A stretch of DNA of 64,000 nt from an uncultured Spirochaetota bacterium (lineage in GTDB: Bacteria > Spirochaetota > Brevinematia > Brevinematales > JAOACQ01): positions 1 to 64,000 of the forward strand of contig CAWIGG010000006.1 in NCBI GenBank assembly GCA_963835575.1. Reading direction: 5' to 3'. Shown in pieces: positions 7,641 to 19,347 of the stretch (position 1 is the first letter of the stretch; every line of letters begins with the position of its first letter). A model generated the notes under the pieces. The model saw only the letters and a list, made by a program, of their open reading frames with translations, was not told the DNA's origin and made no database searches. The position numbers and the translations under genes were made by a program.

Positions 7641-8111
7641 ATGCCTAGAAAAAAGAGAGTATTCGGAAAAAGGGTCCTGGTCGATCCTAAATATAAAAAT
7701 ATGATGGTTTTAAAACTGATAAACCGTATCATGCTGGACGGGAAGAAGAATATCGCTTCCAGCATCGTTTATGGAGCGATTGATTTTCTCGCGGAAAAAA
7801 CCGGCGAGGAAGGCCTGGGCGCTTTTGATAAGGCCCTGGCGAATATCAAGCCGCCTGTTGAAGTCAGGTCGAGAAGGGTCGGGGGCGCGACCTATCAGGT
7901 GCCGACGGAAGTCAGGCCTGAAAGGCAGAATTCATTGACCCTCCGCTGGCTTGTGACATTGTCCCGCGATAGGAAAGAACATTCTATGAGCGAGAAACTG
8001 GGAAGGGAACTCCTGGATGCCTACAATAATACGGGCTCTTGCATCAAGAAGAAGATTGATACGATTAAAATGGCTGAAGCGAATAAAGCTTTTGCGCATT
8101 ACAAGTGGTAA
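7641..8111 (+). CDS. rpsG: 30S ribosomal protein S7
   Basis: [11 protein letters not shown]...[11 protein letters not shown]. Confidence 0.99.
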   Translation: MPRKKRVFGKRVLVDPKYKNMMVLKLINRIMLDGKKNIASSIVYGAIDFLAEKTGEEGLGAFDKALANIKPPVEVRSRRVGGATYQVPTEVRPERQNSLTLRWLVTLSRDRKEHSMSEKLGRELLDAYNNTGSCIKKKIDTIKMAEANKAFAHYKW

Positions 8112-8120
8112 GAGGGGCGT

Positions 8121-10202
8121 ATGGCATCTGAGAAGGCTATTCCTTTACAGTTTGTAAGGAATATAGGTATAGCGGCGCATATTGACGCCGGAAAAACAAC
8201 CGCGAGCGAAAGGATCTTATTCTATACGGGTAAGACGCACAAAATGGGCGAAGTCCATGAAGGCGCTGCCGAAATGGACTGGATGGTGCAGGAAAAGGAA
8301 AGAGGGATCACCATCACGAGCGCCGCGACGACGTGTTTTTGGAAAGAGTATAAAATTAATTTGATTGACACTCCCGGGCATGTTGATTTTACCGCCGAAG
8401 TGGAAAGGTCTCTCAGGGTCCTCGACGGAGCTGTCGCCGTGTTTGACGGCGGAGAAGGCGTTGAGCCCCAGTCTGAGACAGTTTGGCGCCAGGCGGACAA
8501 ATACGATGTGCCGAGGATCGCTTTTATCAACAAGATGGATAAGGTCGGCGCGGATTTTTATATGTCCGTCGCGTCGATGGAAAAAAAGCTGGGCGTAAAA
8601 GCGGTTCCGATACAGATACCCATCGGCGCTGAAAACACTTTTACAGGCGTTGTGGACATTATCGGCCGGAAAGCCTATAACTGGCCGGAAGATGATTCGG
8701 AAGGGGTAAACTTTAATGAAATCCCCGTGCCGGACGATTTAAAAGAAAAGATGGAAATGCTCCGGGTTTCTCTTATAGACCATATATGCGACGGCAATGA
8801 CGACCTGATGGAAAAATACCTGGAAGGCAAGGATATACCGGTTGAGGCTATCAAGAAGGGTTTGAGAAAGCTGACAATAGCCAACGAGCTCTTCCCGGTC
8901 GTCTGCGGAAGCGCGTTAAAGAACAAGGGCGTACAGTTGATGCTTGACGCTGTGCTGGATTATCTGCCTTCACCGCTGGAAGTTCACCCTGTTAAGGGAA
9001 TGAATATAGATACAAACAAGGAAGAATTGGTGCTGCCAAACGCCAAGGATCCTTTCAGCGGCATTGGCTTCAAGGTGATGGTCGATGCTTTTGTAGGGAA
9101 GCTTGTTTTTGTACGGGTTTATTCGGGAACTCTGGAAAAGGGAAGCTATATATATAATGTTAATAGAAGGAAGAAGGAAAGAGTGGCCCGTCTCCTCCGC
9201 ATGCATGCGAATAAAAGGGAGGAAATAGACAGCGTTTCGGCCGGCGACATTGTCGCTGTTGTCGGTATTAAGGACACGGTAACGGGCGACAGTCTGTCTA
9301 CTGAGGAAAGGCCCTTGATGCTTGAAGCCATCGATTTCCCGGAACCGGTGATATCCGTGGCCATAGAACCGAAGACAAAAGAAGAAATAGATAAAATGGG
9401 CGAGGCTTTAAAGAAGCTTCAGGAAGAAGACCCGACCTTCAAGGTCAGAACGGATGATGAGACGGGCCAGACCCTGATATACGGGATGGGCGAGCTTCAT
9501 CTTGAAATTATTGTGGACAGAATGGTGCGCGAGTTCAGGGTCCAGGCGAACATAGGCAAGCCTCAGGTCGCTTACAGGGAAACGATCAAAAAGCATGTCA
9601 AGTCCGAGGGGAAATATGTGCGCCAGAGCGGCGGGCGCGGCCAGTACGGCCATGTACTGCTGGAGGTCGAGCCCCTGGAAAAAGGCAAGGGTTTTGAGTT
9701 TGAGGATAAAGTTGTCGGCGGTCGTATTCCTAAGGAGTATATTTCCGCCATTCAAAAAGGCGTTGAAGAGGCTATTTCGAGCGGAGTGATCGGCGGTTTC
9801 CCGGTAGTGGATCTCAAGGTCGCGGTTTATGACGGGTCTTATCATGAAGTTGACTTGTCCGAAATGGCGTTTAAGATAGCGGCTTCAAAGGCCTTTAAGG
9901 AAGCGATGCACGCGGCCGATGCCGTCCTGCTTGAGCCGATTATGAAAGTCGATGTCATGGTCCCGGAGGATTATCTGGGCGATGTGATCGGGGACCTCAG
10001 TTCCCGCCGGGCAAAGATAAACGGAATGGAGCCGAAAGGGAACGCCAGGCTGATCACAAGCCATGTCCCGCTCGGGGAAATGTTCGGCTATGCGACGATT
10101 CTCCGTTCCACGACGCAGGGAAGGGGAACGCATGTGATGGCTTTTGACCATTACAGCGAGGTCCCGAAGAATTTATACGATACGATTTTAAAAGCTGAAT
10201 AA
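8121..10202 (+). CDS. fusA: Elongation factor G
   Basis: [26 protein letters not shown]. Confidence 0.99.
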   Translation: MASEKAIPLQFVRNIGIAAHIDAGKTTASERILFYTGKTHKMGEVHEGAAEMDWMVQEKERGITITSAATTCFWKEYKINLIDTPGHVDFTAEVERSLRVLDGAVAVFDGGEGVEPQSETVWRQADKYDVPRIAFINKMDKVGADFYMSVASMEKKLGVKAVPIQIPIGAENTFTGVVDIIGRKAYNWPEDDSEGVNFNEIPVPDDLKEKMEMLRVSLIDHICDGNDDLMEKYLEGKDIPVEAIKKGLRKLTIANELFPVVCGSALKNKGVQLMLDAVLDYLPSPLEVHPVKGMNIDTNKEELVLPNAKDPFSGIGFKVMVDAFVGKLVFVRVYSGTLEKGSYIYNVNRRKKERVARLLRMHANKREEIDSVSAGDIVAVVGIKDTVTGDSLSTEERPLMLEAIDFPEPVISVAIEPKTKEEIDKMGEALKKLQEEDPTFKVRTDDETGQTLIYGMGELHLEIIVDRMVREFRVQANIGKPQVAYRETIKKHVKSEGKYVRQSGGRGQYGHVLLEVEPLEKGKGFEFEDKVVGGRIPKEYISAIQKGVEEAISSGVIGGFPVVDLKVAVYDGSYHEVDLSEMAFKIAASKAFKEAMHAADAVLLEPIMKVDVMVPEDYLGDVIGDLSSRRAKINGMEPKGNARLITSHVPLGEMFGYATILRSTTQGRGTHVMAFDHYSEVPKNLYDTILKAE

Positions 10203-10237
10203 AAGTGAAATTATAAAAACCAAGAGGAGGCAATAAA

Positions 10238-11458
10238 ATGGCTGAAGGTAAATTTGAAAGGACAAAACCGCATTTAAATGTAGGCACAATCGGACACGTT
10301 GACCATGGTAAAACAACATTAACTGCAGCTTTAACAAAATATGCTGAACTTTTGGGTTTGGCCAAGTTTATTTCATACGATAGCGTTGCTAAAGCTTCTG
10401 AATCCCAGGGGCGGCGTGATGATACGAAGATTTTAACCATTTCGACAGCGCATGTGGAATATCAGACAACAAAAAGGCACTATGCGCACGTAGACTGTCC
10501 GGGTCATGCCGACTATGTCAAGAACATGATCACCGGTGCGGCCCAGATGGACGGCGCGGTTCTCGTTGTTGCCGCTACCGACGGCGTCATGCCTCAGACA
10601 AGGGAACATGTGCTTCTTGCGAGACAGGTTGATGTGCCTTCTATAATAGTGTTCATTAATAAGGTAGATATGGTCGCCGATAGCGATAAAGAGCTGATTG
10701 ATCTTGTTGAAATGGATATCAGAGAGCTTTTGAACCAGTATAAGTTCCCCGGCGATGACACTCCGATCATCAGGGGTTCCGCTTCCAAGGCATTGTTCAG
10801 TACTTCAAAGGACCCTAACGCTCCTGAATTTGCCTGCATTAAGGAACTGATGGATGCAATGGATTCATTCTTCAAGGAACCTCCGAGAGAACTGGACAAG
10901 CCGTTCCTTATGCCGATCGAAGATATTTTCTCGATCACCGGCCGCGGTACAGTGGCTACAGGCAGGATTGAAAGAGGCGTTGTCAAAGTTCAGGAAGAAG
11001 TGGAAATTGTCGGTTATCATGATACAGCTAAAACCGTTGTGACCGGCGTTGAAATGTTCAGAAAGATCCTGGATCAGGGCCAGGCCGGTGATAACGTCGG
11101 ACTGCTCCTCAGAGGCGTTGAAAAAGACTCGATCAGGAGAGGTATGGTTCTTGCTAAACCCGGCTCAATTACTCCTCACATGAAATTCAAAGGGGAAGTC
11201 TATGTGCTCAAGCCGGAAGAAGGCGGAAGAAAATCCCCGTTCCATGTCGGCTACAGGCCTCAGTTCTATATGAGTACCGCTGATGTGACCGGTAATATCG
11301 CCGCTATTCAGGGTGCTGATATGGTTATGCCCGGTGATAACGTGAACATGACTATTGATTTGATTACCAAAGTGGCGGTAGAAAAAGGTTTGCGTTTCGC
11401 TATCAGAGAAGGCGGAAGAACTATCGGATCAGGTGTTGTTACCGAGATAGTCGAATAA
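10238..11458 (+). CDS. tuf: Elongation factor Tu
   Basis: [30 protein letters not shown]. Confidence 0.99.
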   Translation: MAEGKFERTKPHLNVGTIGHVDHGKTTLTAALTKYAELLGLAKFISYDSVAKASESQGRRDDTKILTISTAHVEYQTTKRHYAHVDCPGHADYVKNMITGAAQMDGAVLVVAATDGVMPQTREHVLLARQVDVPSIIVFINKVDMVADSDKELIDLVEMDIRELLNQYKFPGDDTPIIRGSASKALFSTSKDPNAPEFACIKELMDAMDSFFKEPPRELDKPFLMPIEDIFSITGRGTVATGRIERGVVKVQEEVEIVGYHDTAKTVVTGVEMFRKILDQGQAGDNVGLLLRGVEKDSIRRGMVLAKPGSITPHMKFKGEVYVLKPEEGGRKSPFHVGYRPQFYMSTADVTGNIAAIQGADMVMPGDNVNMTIDLITKVAVEKGLRFAIREGGRTIGSGVVTEIVE

Positions 11459-11478
11459 TAGTGTAAAGAGGTTTTACT

Positions 11479-11781
11479 GTGAGCAGAATAAGAGTCAGAT
11501 TAAAAGCCTATGATGTGAACTTGATAGATAAATCGGCGAAATCGATTGTTGAATCCGTGAAGAGTAAGGGGGGAAGGGTCTCAGGGCCTATTCCCCTGCC
11601 GACACGGATCAAGAAATATACGGTATTAACATCGCCTCATGTGAATAAGGACGCGAGAGAGCAATTTGAGATGAGGGTTCACAAAAGGCTGATTGATATT
11701 CTGGATCCCAGTTCAGATCTGGTCAATGCGCTGATGGAATTGCAGCTGCCTGCCGGAGTTGAGGTGGAGATAAAACAATAA
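11479..11781 (+). CDS. rpsJ: 30S ribosomal protein S10
   Basis: GPIPLPT...[13 protein letters not shown]. Confidence 0.99.
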   Translation: MSRIRVRLKAYDVNLIDKSAKSIVESVKSKGGRVSGPIPLPTRIKKYTVLTSPHVNKDAREQFEMRVHKRLIDILDPSSDLVNALMELQLPAGVEVEIKQ

Positions 11782-11805
11782 TTATTATGGCATAGGTGGA
11801 ATGAA

Positions 11806-12402
11806 ATGAAGGCGAAGAAAGTGGGAATTATAGGAAAAAAACTGGGCATGACCCAGTTATACTGGAATGACTGCATGGTCGGCGTCACTGTTGTTGATTT
11901 CTCAGGCCTCAAATATATGGGAGAGAGAACGATCGAAAAAGACGGCTATAATGCGGTGATTCTTGGATATACAGGCAATAAGGGAGAAGAGGTCCGCCAT
12001 ATCAGGGAAATAAGGACAGACAATGCGGCCGCGTACCAGTCAGGCGACTATATGGGCTTGTTTGATACAGTCAAGAAAGTCGATGTTGTCGGTATCATGA
12101 AAGGGCGCGGTTTTACCGGCGTTATGAAGCGGCATGGCTTTCATGGCGGTCCCGCTGCTCATGGGGCCAAGCACTGGCATAGAAGGCCCGGTTCCATAGG
12201 CGGCCATACATTCCCGGCAAAAACCTGGAAAGGCCAGAAAATGCCCGGTCATTACGGCAATACAAGGATCTGCACGCTCAGTCAGGATATGGTGAAGCTG
12301 GATAAGGAGAAAAAACTTCTTTTTGTCAGGGGCGCTATTCCGGGCTCAAATAATTCAATCGTGATGGTCAGAGACGCTGTTAAGGAGAAGGTTGGCTTAT
12401 GA
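11806..12402 (+). CDS. rplC: 50S ribosomal protein L3
   Basis: KKLGMTQ, KGRGF.GVMKRHGF, KMPGHYG. Confidence 0.98.
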   Translation: MKAKKVGIIGKKLGMTQLYWNDCMVGVTVVDFSGLKYMGERTIEKDGYNAVILGYTGNKGEEVRHIREIRTDNAAAYQSGDYMGLFDTVKKVDVVGIMKGRGFTGVMKRHGFHGGPAAHGAKHWHRRPGSIGGHTFPAKTWKGQKMPGHYGNTRICTLSQDMVKLDKEKKLLFVRGAIPGSNNSIVMVRDAVKEKVGL

Positions 12403-13028
12403 AACTGGATTTATATAACGGGTCTGAGAAGGTAAGGGAAGTAAACTATCCTTTCCTGAAGGGCAGATATTCAAAAGATGTATTATATCAGGCTGTTGTT
12501 GCGAGGCTTTCCCGTGAACGGCAGGGCAACGCTTCCACTTTAACAAAGTCTGAAGTCAGGGGCGGCGGCAAAAAGCCATGGCGCCAGAAAGGCCTCGGGC
12601 GCGCCCGCGCCGGTTCAACCCGGTCTCCGTTATGGCGGGGCGGCGGCGTTATTTTCGGACCGAAGCCGCGTGATATGGCAAAAGGCATCAGTAAAAAACA
12701 AAAGACAGCGGCTTTATTATCCGTTTTTAATAAGCTGGCGGAATTGGGCAAAGTAAGGATTTTTAGTGACTTTGAGCTTAAGACCTTTAAAACAAAAGAC
12801 TTTATGAAAGCCGTGGATAAGTTTATAGAGAATAAGGAAGAAAGAACTGTGATTATCACGGCTGAATACAGCAAAAACATGGCCCTCGGATCGAGAAATT
12901 TAAAGAATATTAAAGTGCTTTATGCCTCGGATCTTGATTTGCTGCCGCTTGTTTACGCGGACAGGGTTCTTGTTTCTGAAAAAGCTATGGAAAAGGTCGG
13001 CAGCCTTTTCGCTAATATTAAACAATAA
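12399..13028 (+). CDS. rplD: 50S ribosomal protein L4
   Basis: EVRGGGKKPWRQKG.GRARAGS. Confidence 0.98.
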   Translation: MKLDLYNGSEKVREVNYPFLKGRYSKDVLYQAVVARLSRERQGNASTLTKSEVRGGGKKPWRQKGLGRARAGSTRSPLWRGGGVIFGPKPRDMAKGISKKQKTAALLSVFNKLAELGKVRIFSDFELKTFKTKDFMKAVDKFIENKEERTVIITAEYSKNMALGSRNLKNIKVLYASDLDLLPLVYADRVLVSEKAMEKVGSLFANIKQ

Positions 13029-13040
13029 CGGGGTTTAACG

Positions 13041-13322
13041 ATGAAGGATTTAAATACAATTTTAAAATCTCCTGTTTTATCGGAAAAGGCGAGCGCGCTC
13101 AAGCCGTCGAAAAAATACATTATTGAAGTGGCGATGGACGCCAATAAGATTGAGATTAAAAAGGCTGTTGAGTCGCTCTATAAGGTTAAGGTCAGCAAGG
13201 TCAACACGTCCAGAATGCCTTCAAAATGGAAGAGGGTCAGGACGAGTTACGGCTATACTTCCCAGTGGAAGAAAGCGATCGTGACTTTAAAAGATGGCGA
13301 AATTGATTTTTATAAAGTTTAA
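13041..13322 (+). CDS. rplW: 50S ribosomal protein L23
   Basis: PVLSEK...ANKIEIK...WKKAIVTL. Confidence 0.98.
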   Translation: MKDLNTILKSPVLSEKASALKPSKKYIIEVAMDANKIEIKKAVESLYKVKVSKVNTSRMPSKWKRVRTSYGYTSQWKKAIVTLKDGEIDFYKV

Positions 13323-13336
13323 GCGAGAGGAAACAT

Positions 13337-14167
13337 ATGGGATTGAAGCGCTATAAACCGATCACACCTGGTTTAAGGCATAAAGTAAGTTCCGATTTCA
13401 GTGAAATCACGAAAACGGAGCCGACGAAAAGCCTGATCGGCGGAATTAAAAGAGGCCGCGGTAATGGAAGAAACAGCGGCGGCCGGATTACCGTGCGCCA
13501 TAGAGGCGGCGGCAGCAAGCGGTTTTATCGTATTATAGATTTTAAAAGAGAGAAATTGGGCGTACCCGCGAAGGTCATGTCGATAGAATATGATCCGAAC
13601 AGGACGGCGAGAATAGCGCTCCTTCATTATCATGACGGAGACAAGGCATACATTCTGGCGCCGAACGGCTTGAAGGTCGGGGATACCGTCGAAGCGGGAG
13701 ATAAGATAGAAATAAGACCGGGAAATAATCTTCCCCTGAAGGCGATACCTGTTGGAACAATTATCCATAATGTGGAAATGAAGCCCGGAAAAGGCGGTCA
13801 GCTGGCCAGATCGGCCGGCACATACGCGAAGCTCGACGGCAAGGAAGGGCGTTACGCGATCCTCCGGCTGCCTTCCAATGAAATAAGGATGATCCTTCTG
13901 CAGTGTCGCGCAACGGTCGGTGAAGTGAGCAACGCGGATAATTCAAATATGTTCCTCGGCAAGGCCGGTGTTTCCAGGCATATGGGCATCAGGCCTTTTG
14001 TAAGGGGCGTTGCGATGAATAGCGTTGACCATCCTCATGGCGGCGGAAGAGGAAAACAGAAGGGTTATAGGACGCCGGTCAGCCCGACGGGCGTGCCGGC
14101 AAAGGGTTATAAAACAAGAAATAAAAAGAAAACGACAAGCAAGTATATTTTGTCGAAGAGAAAATAA
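13337..14167 (+). CDS. rplB: 50S ribosomal protein L2
   Basis: [23 protein letters not shown]. Confidence 0.99.
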   Translation: MGLKRYKPITPGLRHKVSSDFSEITKTEPTKSLIGGIKRGRGNGRNSGGRITVRHRGGGSKRFYRIIDFKREKLGVPAKVMSIEYDPNRTARIALLHYHDGDKAYILAPNGLKVGDTVEAGDKIEIRPGNNLPLKAIPVGTIIHNVEMKPGKGGQLARSAGTYAKLDGKEGRYAILRLPSNEIRMILLQCRATVGEVSNADNSNMFLGKAGVSRHMGIRPFVRGVAMNSVDHPHGGGRGKQKGYRTPVSPTGVPAKGYKTRNKKKTTSKYILSKRK

Positions 14168-14188
14168 GGAATTGAGCGGGGTGTCAGA

Positions 14189-14557
14189 ATGTCAAGATCG
14201 ATAAAGAAAGGACCGTTTGTAGATTCAAAATTATATAAGAAGGTGCTGGAAGCGCAGGAAGCCGCGGATAAAAAGCCGATTAAAACATGGTCAAGACGTT
14301 CCACGATCATACCTGAAATGGTCGGCTTATCGATACATGTTTATAACGGTAAGATATTTATTCCTGCCTTTATAGCGGAAAATATGGTTGGCCACAAGTT
14401 GGGCGAGTTTTCCCCAACCCGAATATTCAGAGGCCATTCCGGAGTAAAAAAAGCGGAAAAAGAAGAATCGGGTACTGGTGCACCGCGAGCGATGCCGGGA
14501 GCAATGGCGGCAGCGCCTGCGGCAGCGGCGCCAGCAGCAGCGGCAACGGAGAAATAA
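14189..14557 (+). CDS. rpsS: 30S ribosomal protein S19 with an Ala/Pro-rich C-terminal tail
   Basis: [30 protein letters not shown]. Confidence 0.98.
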   Translation: MSRSIKKGPFVDSKLYKKVLEAQEAADKKPIKTWSRRSTIIPEMVGLSIHVYNGKIFIPAFIAENMVGHKLGEFSPTRIFRGHSGVKKAEKEESGTGAPRAMPGAMAAAPAAAAPAAAATEK

Positions 14558-14558
14558 T

Positions 14559-14921
14559 ATGAATGCAAATGCAATAGGTAGAAATCTTCGGATATCGCCT
14601 TTTAAAATGAGAAAGGTCATTCAGTTTGTCAGAGGCAAAGTTGTGACGGATGCGCTTTATATTCTGGGTTCGATGCCGCATAAAGCGGCAAAGATGGCTT
14701 ATAAAGTTATTTTCTCGGCCGCCTCTAATTTTAAGAATAAATTCCCTGAACAGGCAAATAAGGATAAGGAATTGAAGATAGAAGAGATTTTTGTCGGTCA
14801 GGCGCCGGTATTAAAAAGAATGATGCCCAGGGCAAGAGGCAGGGCGGATGTTCTCAGAAAACAGTCGTGCCACCTGAGCGTTATCGTCAACGGCGGTGAA
14901 GAAAATAAGACGGAGAGGTAG
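14559..14921 (+). CDS. rplV: 50S ribosomal protein L22
   Basis: RISP.KMR, KRMMPRARGRA; start set to ATG 14559. Confidence 0.97.
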   Translation: MNANAIGRNLRISPFKMRKVIQFVRGKVVTDALYILGSMPHKAAKMAYKVIFSAASNFKNKFPEQANKDKELKIEEIFVGQAPVLKRMMPRARGRADVLRKQSCHLSVIVNGGEENKTER

Positions 14922-14924
14922 AGA

Positions 14925-15563
14925 ATGGGACAGAAAGTTAATCCGGTTTGTTACAGGCTCGGTATTGTAAAAACCTGGGATTCGCTCTGGTACAGCGAAA
15001 AAGATTATGTCAATTATCTTATTGAAGATTTTAAAATAAGAGGGTTTATTAATAAGAATTACGCCAAGTCTTTTATTTCGAAGATTGAAATCAGCCGGTT
15101 TCCCCAGCTTGTGAATGTGACGATTAATTCGGCTAAACCCGGTATTATTATTGGAAAGAAAGGCGCGGAAATAGAGATTATTTCAAAGGCCCTTGAAAAA
15201 ATGGTAAGCGGAAAAAAGATCTCCGTATCGGTCAGGGAAATAAAAAGCCCGGAACTGGACGCGAGCGTTGCCGGTCAGGATATAGCGCGCCAGATTGAAA
15301 GAAGGATTTCTTATAAAAAAGCGATCAAGCAGGCTATCCGGAACGCGATGAAATCCGGCGCCAAGGGAATAAAAATCAGGATTTCAGGGCGTTTGAACGG
15401 CGCCGAAATCGCCCGCACCGAGGAATTCAAGGAAGGAAGGCTCCCGCTCAGCACATTGTCCGCTGATATTGATTATAAGATGAGTGAAAGCCTGACGGAA
15501 ATGGGCATCATCGGGATAAAAGTCTGGATTTATAAAGAAGAGCTGGAAGGAAGGAGAAAATAA
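14925..15563 (+). CDS. rpsC: 30S ribosomal protein S3
   Basis: [20 protein letters not shown]. Confidence 0.99.
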   Translation: MGQKVNPVCYRLGIVKTWDSLWYSEKDYVNYLIEDFKIRGFINKNYAKSFISKIEISRFPQLVNVTINSAKPGIIIGKKGAEIEIISKALEKMVSGKKISVSVREIKSPELDASVAGQDIARQIERRISYKKAIKQAIRNAMKSGAKGIKIRISGRLNGAEIARTEEFKEGRLPLSTLSADIDYKMSESLTEMGIIGIKVWIYKEELEGRRK

Positions 15564-15976
15564 TGCTATTCCCAAGCAGAACAAAATATAGAAAACAGCA
15601 GAGAGGCGTTATCAAAGGCAACGCCAATAAAGGCGATCTGGTTGTATTCGGTGAATACGGTGTTATCTCCCTTGAACCTGCCTGGATTACGGACAGGCAG
15701 ATTGAAGCGGCCCGTGTCGCCGTAAACCGTTATCTTAAAAGAGGCGTCAAGCTGTGGGTTAAAATATTCCCGGATAAACCCACAACAAAGAAAGGCGAAG
15801 GCGTCAGAATGGGTAAGGGAAAAGGTATGCCGGACGGCTGGGTGGCTGTAGTGAAGCCGGGAAGGGTTCTTATGGAAATCTCCGGCGTTGATGAGGTTTC
15901 TGCAAAAGAAGCTTTCAGGCTTGCGTCGCACAAGCTTCCCATCAAGGTAAAGTTTGTGAAACGAGTGGAATTATAG
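15563..15976 (+). CDS. rplP: 50S ribosomal protein L16
   Basis: QIEAAR, IFPDKP, RMGKGKG. Confidence 0.99.
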   Translation: MLFPSRTKYRKQQRGVIKGNANKGDLVVFGEYGVISLEPAWITDRQIEAARVAVNRYLKRGVKLWVKIFPDKPTTKKGEGVRMGKGKGMPDGWVAVVKPGRVLMEISGVDEVSAKEAFRLASHKLPIKVKFVKRVEL

Positions 15977-15985
15977 GAGAGCTGT

Positions 15986-16198
15986 ATGGTAGGCAAAAAA
16001 TTAAAAGAGCTCAGGGATTTATCGAACGAAGAACTGATAAAGATGCGTGCGGATATACAGCATAACATCAGGATGATACAGTTCAAAATGAAAATAGAAA
16101 GGCCGACGAATCTGATGGAAAAGAAAAACCTGAGGAAAAAACTGGCCGTCATTAATACGATACTCACAGAAAGAGAATTAAAAAAGGCTGAAAAGTAA
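15986..16198 (+). CDS. rpmC: 50S ribosomal protein L29
   Basis: KELR.LS.EEL...LA.INTIL.ERE; operon position. Confidence 0.95.
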   Translation: MVGKKLKELRDLSNEELIKMRADIQHNIRMIQFKMKIERPTNLMEKKNLRKKLAVINTILTERELKKAEK

Positions 16199-16208
16199 GG
16201 GGTGATAT

Positions 16209-16465
16209 ATGAGTGAAGCGGTAAAAGGAAAAATAAAAGTCGGTGTTGTTACAAGCGATAAAATGGATAAAACCCGCGTGGTAAAGACGGAAAGCGTTAA
16301 AAAGCATACAAAGTACGGCAAGTATTTTAAAACCAGCAGTAAGTTTTATGCCCATGATCCTGAAAATAAAAGCAAAGCGGGCGATAAAGTCGCAATAAAG
16401 GAAAGTATCCCGATCAGCAAAAAAAAAGATGGATTGTTGCTGAAATATTAGTGAAGGTCAAATAG
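16209..16465 (+). CDS. rpsQ: 30S ribosomal protein S17 (apparent frameshift in an A-run near 16420)
   Basis: [11 protein letters not shown]...PISK; the expected KRW.V.EI tail is in another frame, ending at TAG 16465. Confidence 0.95.
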
Positions 16466-16478
16466 CTGGAGGTTTGGT

Positions 16479-16847
16479 ATGGTAATGCTGGGGACGCGAT
16501 TGGATGTGGCTGATAATACAGGGGCCAAAATCATAGAATGTTTTCATGTGGAAGGCAGTTCAAAAAGACGTTATGCGTACATAGGAGATACAATCGTGGC
16601 GGCCGTCAAGATGGCGCTTCCTAATTCCGCTGTTAAAAAAGGGGAAGTTGTCAGGGCTGTTGTGGTAAGGACCAGTAAGGAAATCAGGCGGAAGGACGGT
16701 TCCTATCTCCGGTTTGACAGAAATTCCGCGGTTTTGATAGACAAGGAAAATGAGCCCAGGGGCACGAGAATTTTCGGACCTGTTGCCAGGGAGCTTCGTG
16801 ATAAGAATTTTATGAAGATCATTTCCCTTGCGCCGGAAGTATTTTAG
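16479..16847 (+). CDS. rplN: 50S ribosomal protein L14
   Basis: [20 protein letters not shown]. Confidence 0.99.
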   Translation: MVMLGTRLDVADNTGAKIIECFHVEGSSKRRYAYIGDTIVAAVKMALPNSAVKKGEVVRAVVVRTSKEIRRKDGSYLRFDRNSAVLIDKENEPRGTRIFGPVARELRDKNFMKIISLAPEVF

Positions 16848-16858
16848 GAGAATAATGT

Positions 16859-17170
16859 ATGGAAAAGATAAGGAAAGGCGATCAGGTTGTTGTATTATCC
16901 GGCCGCGATAAAGGTAAGAAGGGAGAGGTTATCCAGGTTAACAAAAAAGGCGCAATGGTCAAAGGCGTCTTTTTAGTAAAAAAATCGGTTAAGAAGGACC
17001 CTAAAAAACATCCCGCCGGCGGTTTTATTGAAATTGAAGCCCCGGTTAATCCGTCCAACCTGATGGTTTTCTGCCCGAAGTGCGGTAAAGCGGTGAGGGT
17101 TGGGTTTAAGGTTGAAAAGGATGGCGTGAAATCCAGGGTTTGCAAGAAATGTCAACATAAATTTGAATAG
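16859..17170 (+). CDS. rplX: 50S ribosomal protein L24
   Basis: [17 protein letters not shown]; two CxxC motifs in the C-terminus. Confidence 0.98.
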   Translation: MEKIRKGDQVVVLSGRDKGKKGEVIQVNKKGAMVKGVFLVKKSVKKDPKKHPAGGFIEIEAPVNPSNLMVFCPKCGKAVRVGFKVEKDGVKSRVCKKCQHKFE

Positions 17171-17184
17171 ACGAGAGGTTCAGA

Positions 17185-18153
17185 ATGGCTACAGAAAAGG
17201 CAGATAAAAAAGGTAAAACGGCAAAATCCGTTAAAACGTCTAAGCCTGCCGAAGATGTTAAAAAGGCGAAAGAAGTTAAAGAAGTAAAAAAAGAAAAAAG
17301 CGATAAAGCGCCCGTAAAAGCGGCCGCTGCTTCAGCTAAAAAGAGCGAAAAAGCGCATGAGGCGGTAAAGAAAGCCGAAACTGCGCATGTTAAGGCCGAA
17401 AAAGCGGAAGAGCATAAGACTGAAAAAAAGCATGCCGAACCGAAGGCTGAAGAACATAAAGCTGAAAAGAAGCCTGTAGAGGAAAAAGCGGAAGAGAAAA
17501 AAGAAGAAAAGAAGCTCCTTGAAGCGAAGGCTGAGGAAAAGAAACCCGAGAAGAAACAGGCCGGGGAGAAAAAGCCTGAAAAACAGCCTAAGGCGCCGGC
17601 CCGGCATTATTTACCGAGGCTGAGAAAGCACTATAATGAAGCAGTGATAAAAGCTTTGAATGAGCTCTATAAATATTCCACGCCGATGGCGGTGCCGAAA
17701 GTGGTTAAGGTCATACTGAATGTCGGTCTGGGAGAAGCGACCCAGGATAAAGGCGTGGTGGATTCCGCGGTTGACGAATTGACGACAATAGCGGCCCAGA
17801 AAGCCGTTAAGACATACGCGAGAAAATCGATATCGAATTTCCATTTAAGGGAAGGAATGCCGATCGGCGCGAGGGTGACATTGCGCGGCAACAGAATGTA
17901 TGATTTTATCGATAAGCTTGTTTCAGTGGCGCTTCCCCGCATGAGAGACTTCAAGGGTTTAAGCTCTTCCAGTTTTGACGGAAGGGGCAATTATACGATA
18001 GGCCTGAAGGAACAGCTGGTCTTCCCTGAAATTGATTATGACAAGATCACGAAGATCAGGGGAATGGATGTGACTATTGTCACGACAGCGCGCAATGATG
18101 AAGAGTCTTTCCAGCTTTTGAAGCAGCTTGGGTTTCCTTTTAAGGAAAAATAA
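17185..18153 (+). CDS. rplE: 50S ribosomal protein L5 with an approximately 140-aa Lys/Glu/Ala-rich N-terminal extension
   Basis: C-terminal about 180 aa: [35 protein letters not shown]. Confidence 0.97.
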   Translation: MATEKADKKGKTAKSVKTSKPAEDVKKAKEVKEVKKEKSDKAPVKAAAASAKKSEKAHEAVKKAETAHVKAEKAEEHKTEKKHAEPKAEEHKAEKKPVEEKAEEKKEEKKLLEAKAEEKKPEKKQAGEKKPEKQPKAPARHYLPRLRKHYNEAVIKALNELYKYSTPMAVPKVVKVILNVGLGEATQDKGVVDSAVDELTTIAAQKAVKTYARKSISNFHLREGMPIGARVTLRGNRMYDFIDKLVSVALPRMRDFKGLSSSSFDGRGNYTIGLKEQLVFPEIDYDKITKIRGMDVTIVTTARNDEESFQLLKQLGFPFKEK

Positions 18154-18175
18154 GAAAAAATCCCGGGAGGAATAA

Positions 18176-18361
18176 ATGGCTAAGAAATCAATCGTTGTAA
18201 AATGGCAGAAGCCGAAGAAGTTTAAAGTAAGAGAATATAATAGATGCAAGCTTTGCGGAAGGCCGAGGGCTTATCTCCGCGATTTCGGGCTTTGCAGGCT
18301 TTGTTTCAGAAAGTATGCGTCCCAGGGTTTAATACCTGGTGTTATTAAGTCCAGTTGGTAG
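18176..18361 (+). CDS. rpsN: 30S ribosomal protein S14 (zinc type)
   Basis: RCKLCGRPR...LCRLCFR, 61 aa. Confidence 0.98.
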   Translation: MAKKSIVVKWQKPKKFKVREYNRCKLCGRPRAYLRDFGLCRLCFRKYASQGLIPGVIKSSW

Positions 18362-18383
18362 AGTTTAGGAGCGAGGTTGTCTT

Positions 18384-18767
18384 ATGGATATTATTGCCAA
18401 TTCTTTGACTAAGATAAGAAATGCCGTATCAAGAAAAAGAGAAAAGGTCGATGTCGTAAAATCAGGTATAGTCGGCAATATCCTGAACGTTATGAAAAAA
18501 GAAGGGTATATATCGGATTTTAAGGATTCGTCCGAATCAAAATTCAGTTATACTGTTTTTTTAAAAAGGGTAAACGGCAAGTCTGCGCTGACCGGTTTAA
18601 AGAAAATCAGCAAGCTCAGCAGGCGTGTTTATGTGAATATCGACAGCATTCCGAAAGTTTATAATAATCTGGGAATAGCTGTAATCTCTACTTCCAAGGG
18701 TGTTGTAACAGACAAGGAAGCGAGAGCTTTAAAAGTCGGCGGAGAAGTAATCTGCTATGTGTGGTAG
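18384..18767 (+). CDS. rpsH: 30S ribosomal protein S8
   Basis: LTKIRNA, STSKGV, GGEVICYVW. Confidence 0.98.
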   Translation: MDIIANSLTKIRNAVSRKREKVDVVKSGIVGNILNVMKKEGYISDFKDSSESKFSYTVFLKRVNGKSALTGLKKISKLSRRVYVNIDSIPKVYNNLGIAVISTSKGVVTDKEARALKVGGEVICYVW

Positions 18768-18776
18768 GAGAAAGAA

Positions 18777-19316
18777 ATGTCAAGATTAGCAAAAAAACCC
18801 CTAATCATTCCCGGCGGGGTGAAAGTGAATGTACAGAACGGGAAGATCATGGTTGAAGGAAAATTGGGTAAGCTTCAGCAGGAATTTGCCGTACAGTATA
18901 TTGATATTAAAAATGATGATAAAGAAATAATGATTTACAGAAAAGTTGAGGCGAATATAGCCAAAGCTTATCAGGGTCTGTACTGGCGTTTGACAAGAAA
19001 CCTGCTTCTGGGCGTGACCGAAGGTTTTACAAAGACCCTGGCTATTCAGGGGCTTGGTTATAAATGGGAAATAAAAGGCAAGGATCTTGTTGTTATCGCC
19101 GGTTATTCCAAGCCTGTTGTTTATAAGATTCCCGCTGGCATCATCATGAAGATTGAAACCCCCGGTCAGCTTATAATCAGCGGGTGCGACAAACAGCTTG
19201 TCGGGCAGACCACGGCTGAAATCAGGCATATCCGGCCGCCCGAACCTTATAAGGGCAAGGGTATCAGATACCTGAATGAAAGAGTGAAGCTCAAAGAAGG
19301 AAAAGTCGCTAAATAG
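18777..19316 (+). CDS. rplF: 50S ribosomal protein L6
   Basis: RPPEPYKGKGIRY. Confidence 0.98.
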   Translation: MSRLAKKPLIIPGGVKVNVQNGKIMVEGKLGKLQQEFAVQYIDIKNDDKEIMIYRKVEANIAKAYQGLYWRLTRNLLLGVTEGFTKTLAIQGLGYKWEIKGKDLVVIAGYSKPVVYKIPAGIIMKIETPGQLIISGCDKQLVGQTTAEIRHIRPPEPYKGKGIRYLNERVKLKEGKVAK

Positions 19317-19347
19317 TTTCCATAAATAAAATACATAAGAGGAATAT

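Noticed and set aside
9840..9870. EF-G variant [11 protein letters not shown] (usually DSSEMAF)
   Set aside because: A single-base difference in an assembly with evident errors cannot be trusted.
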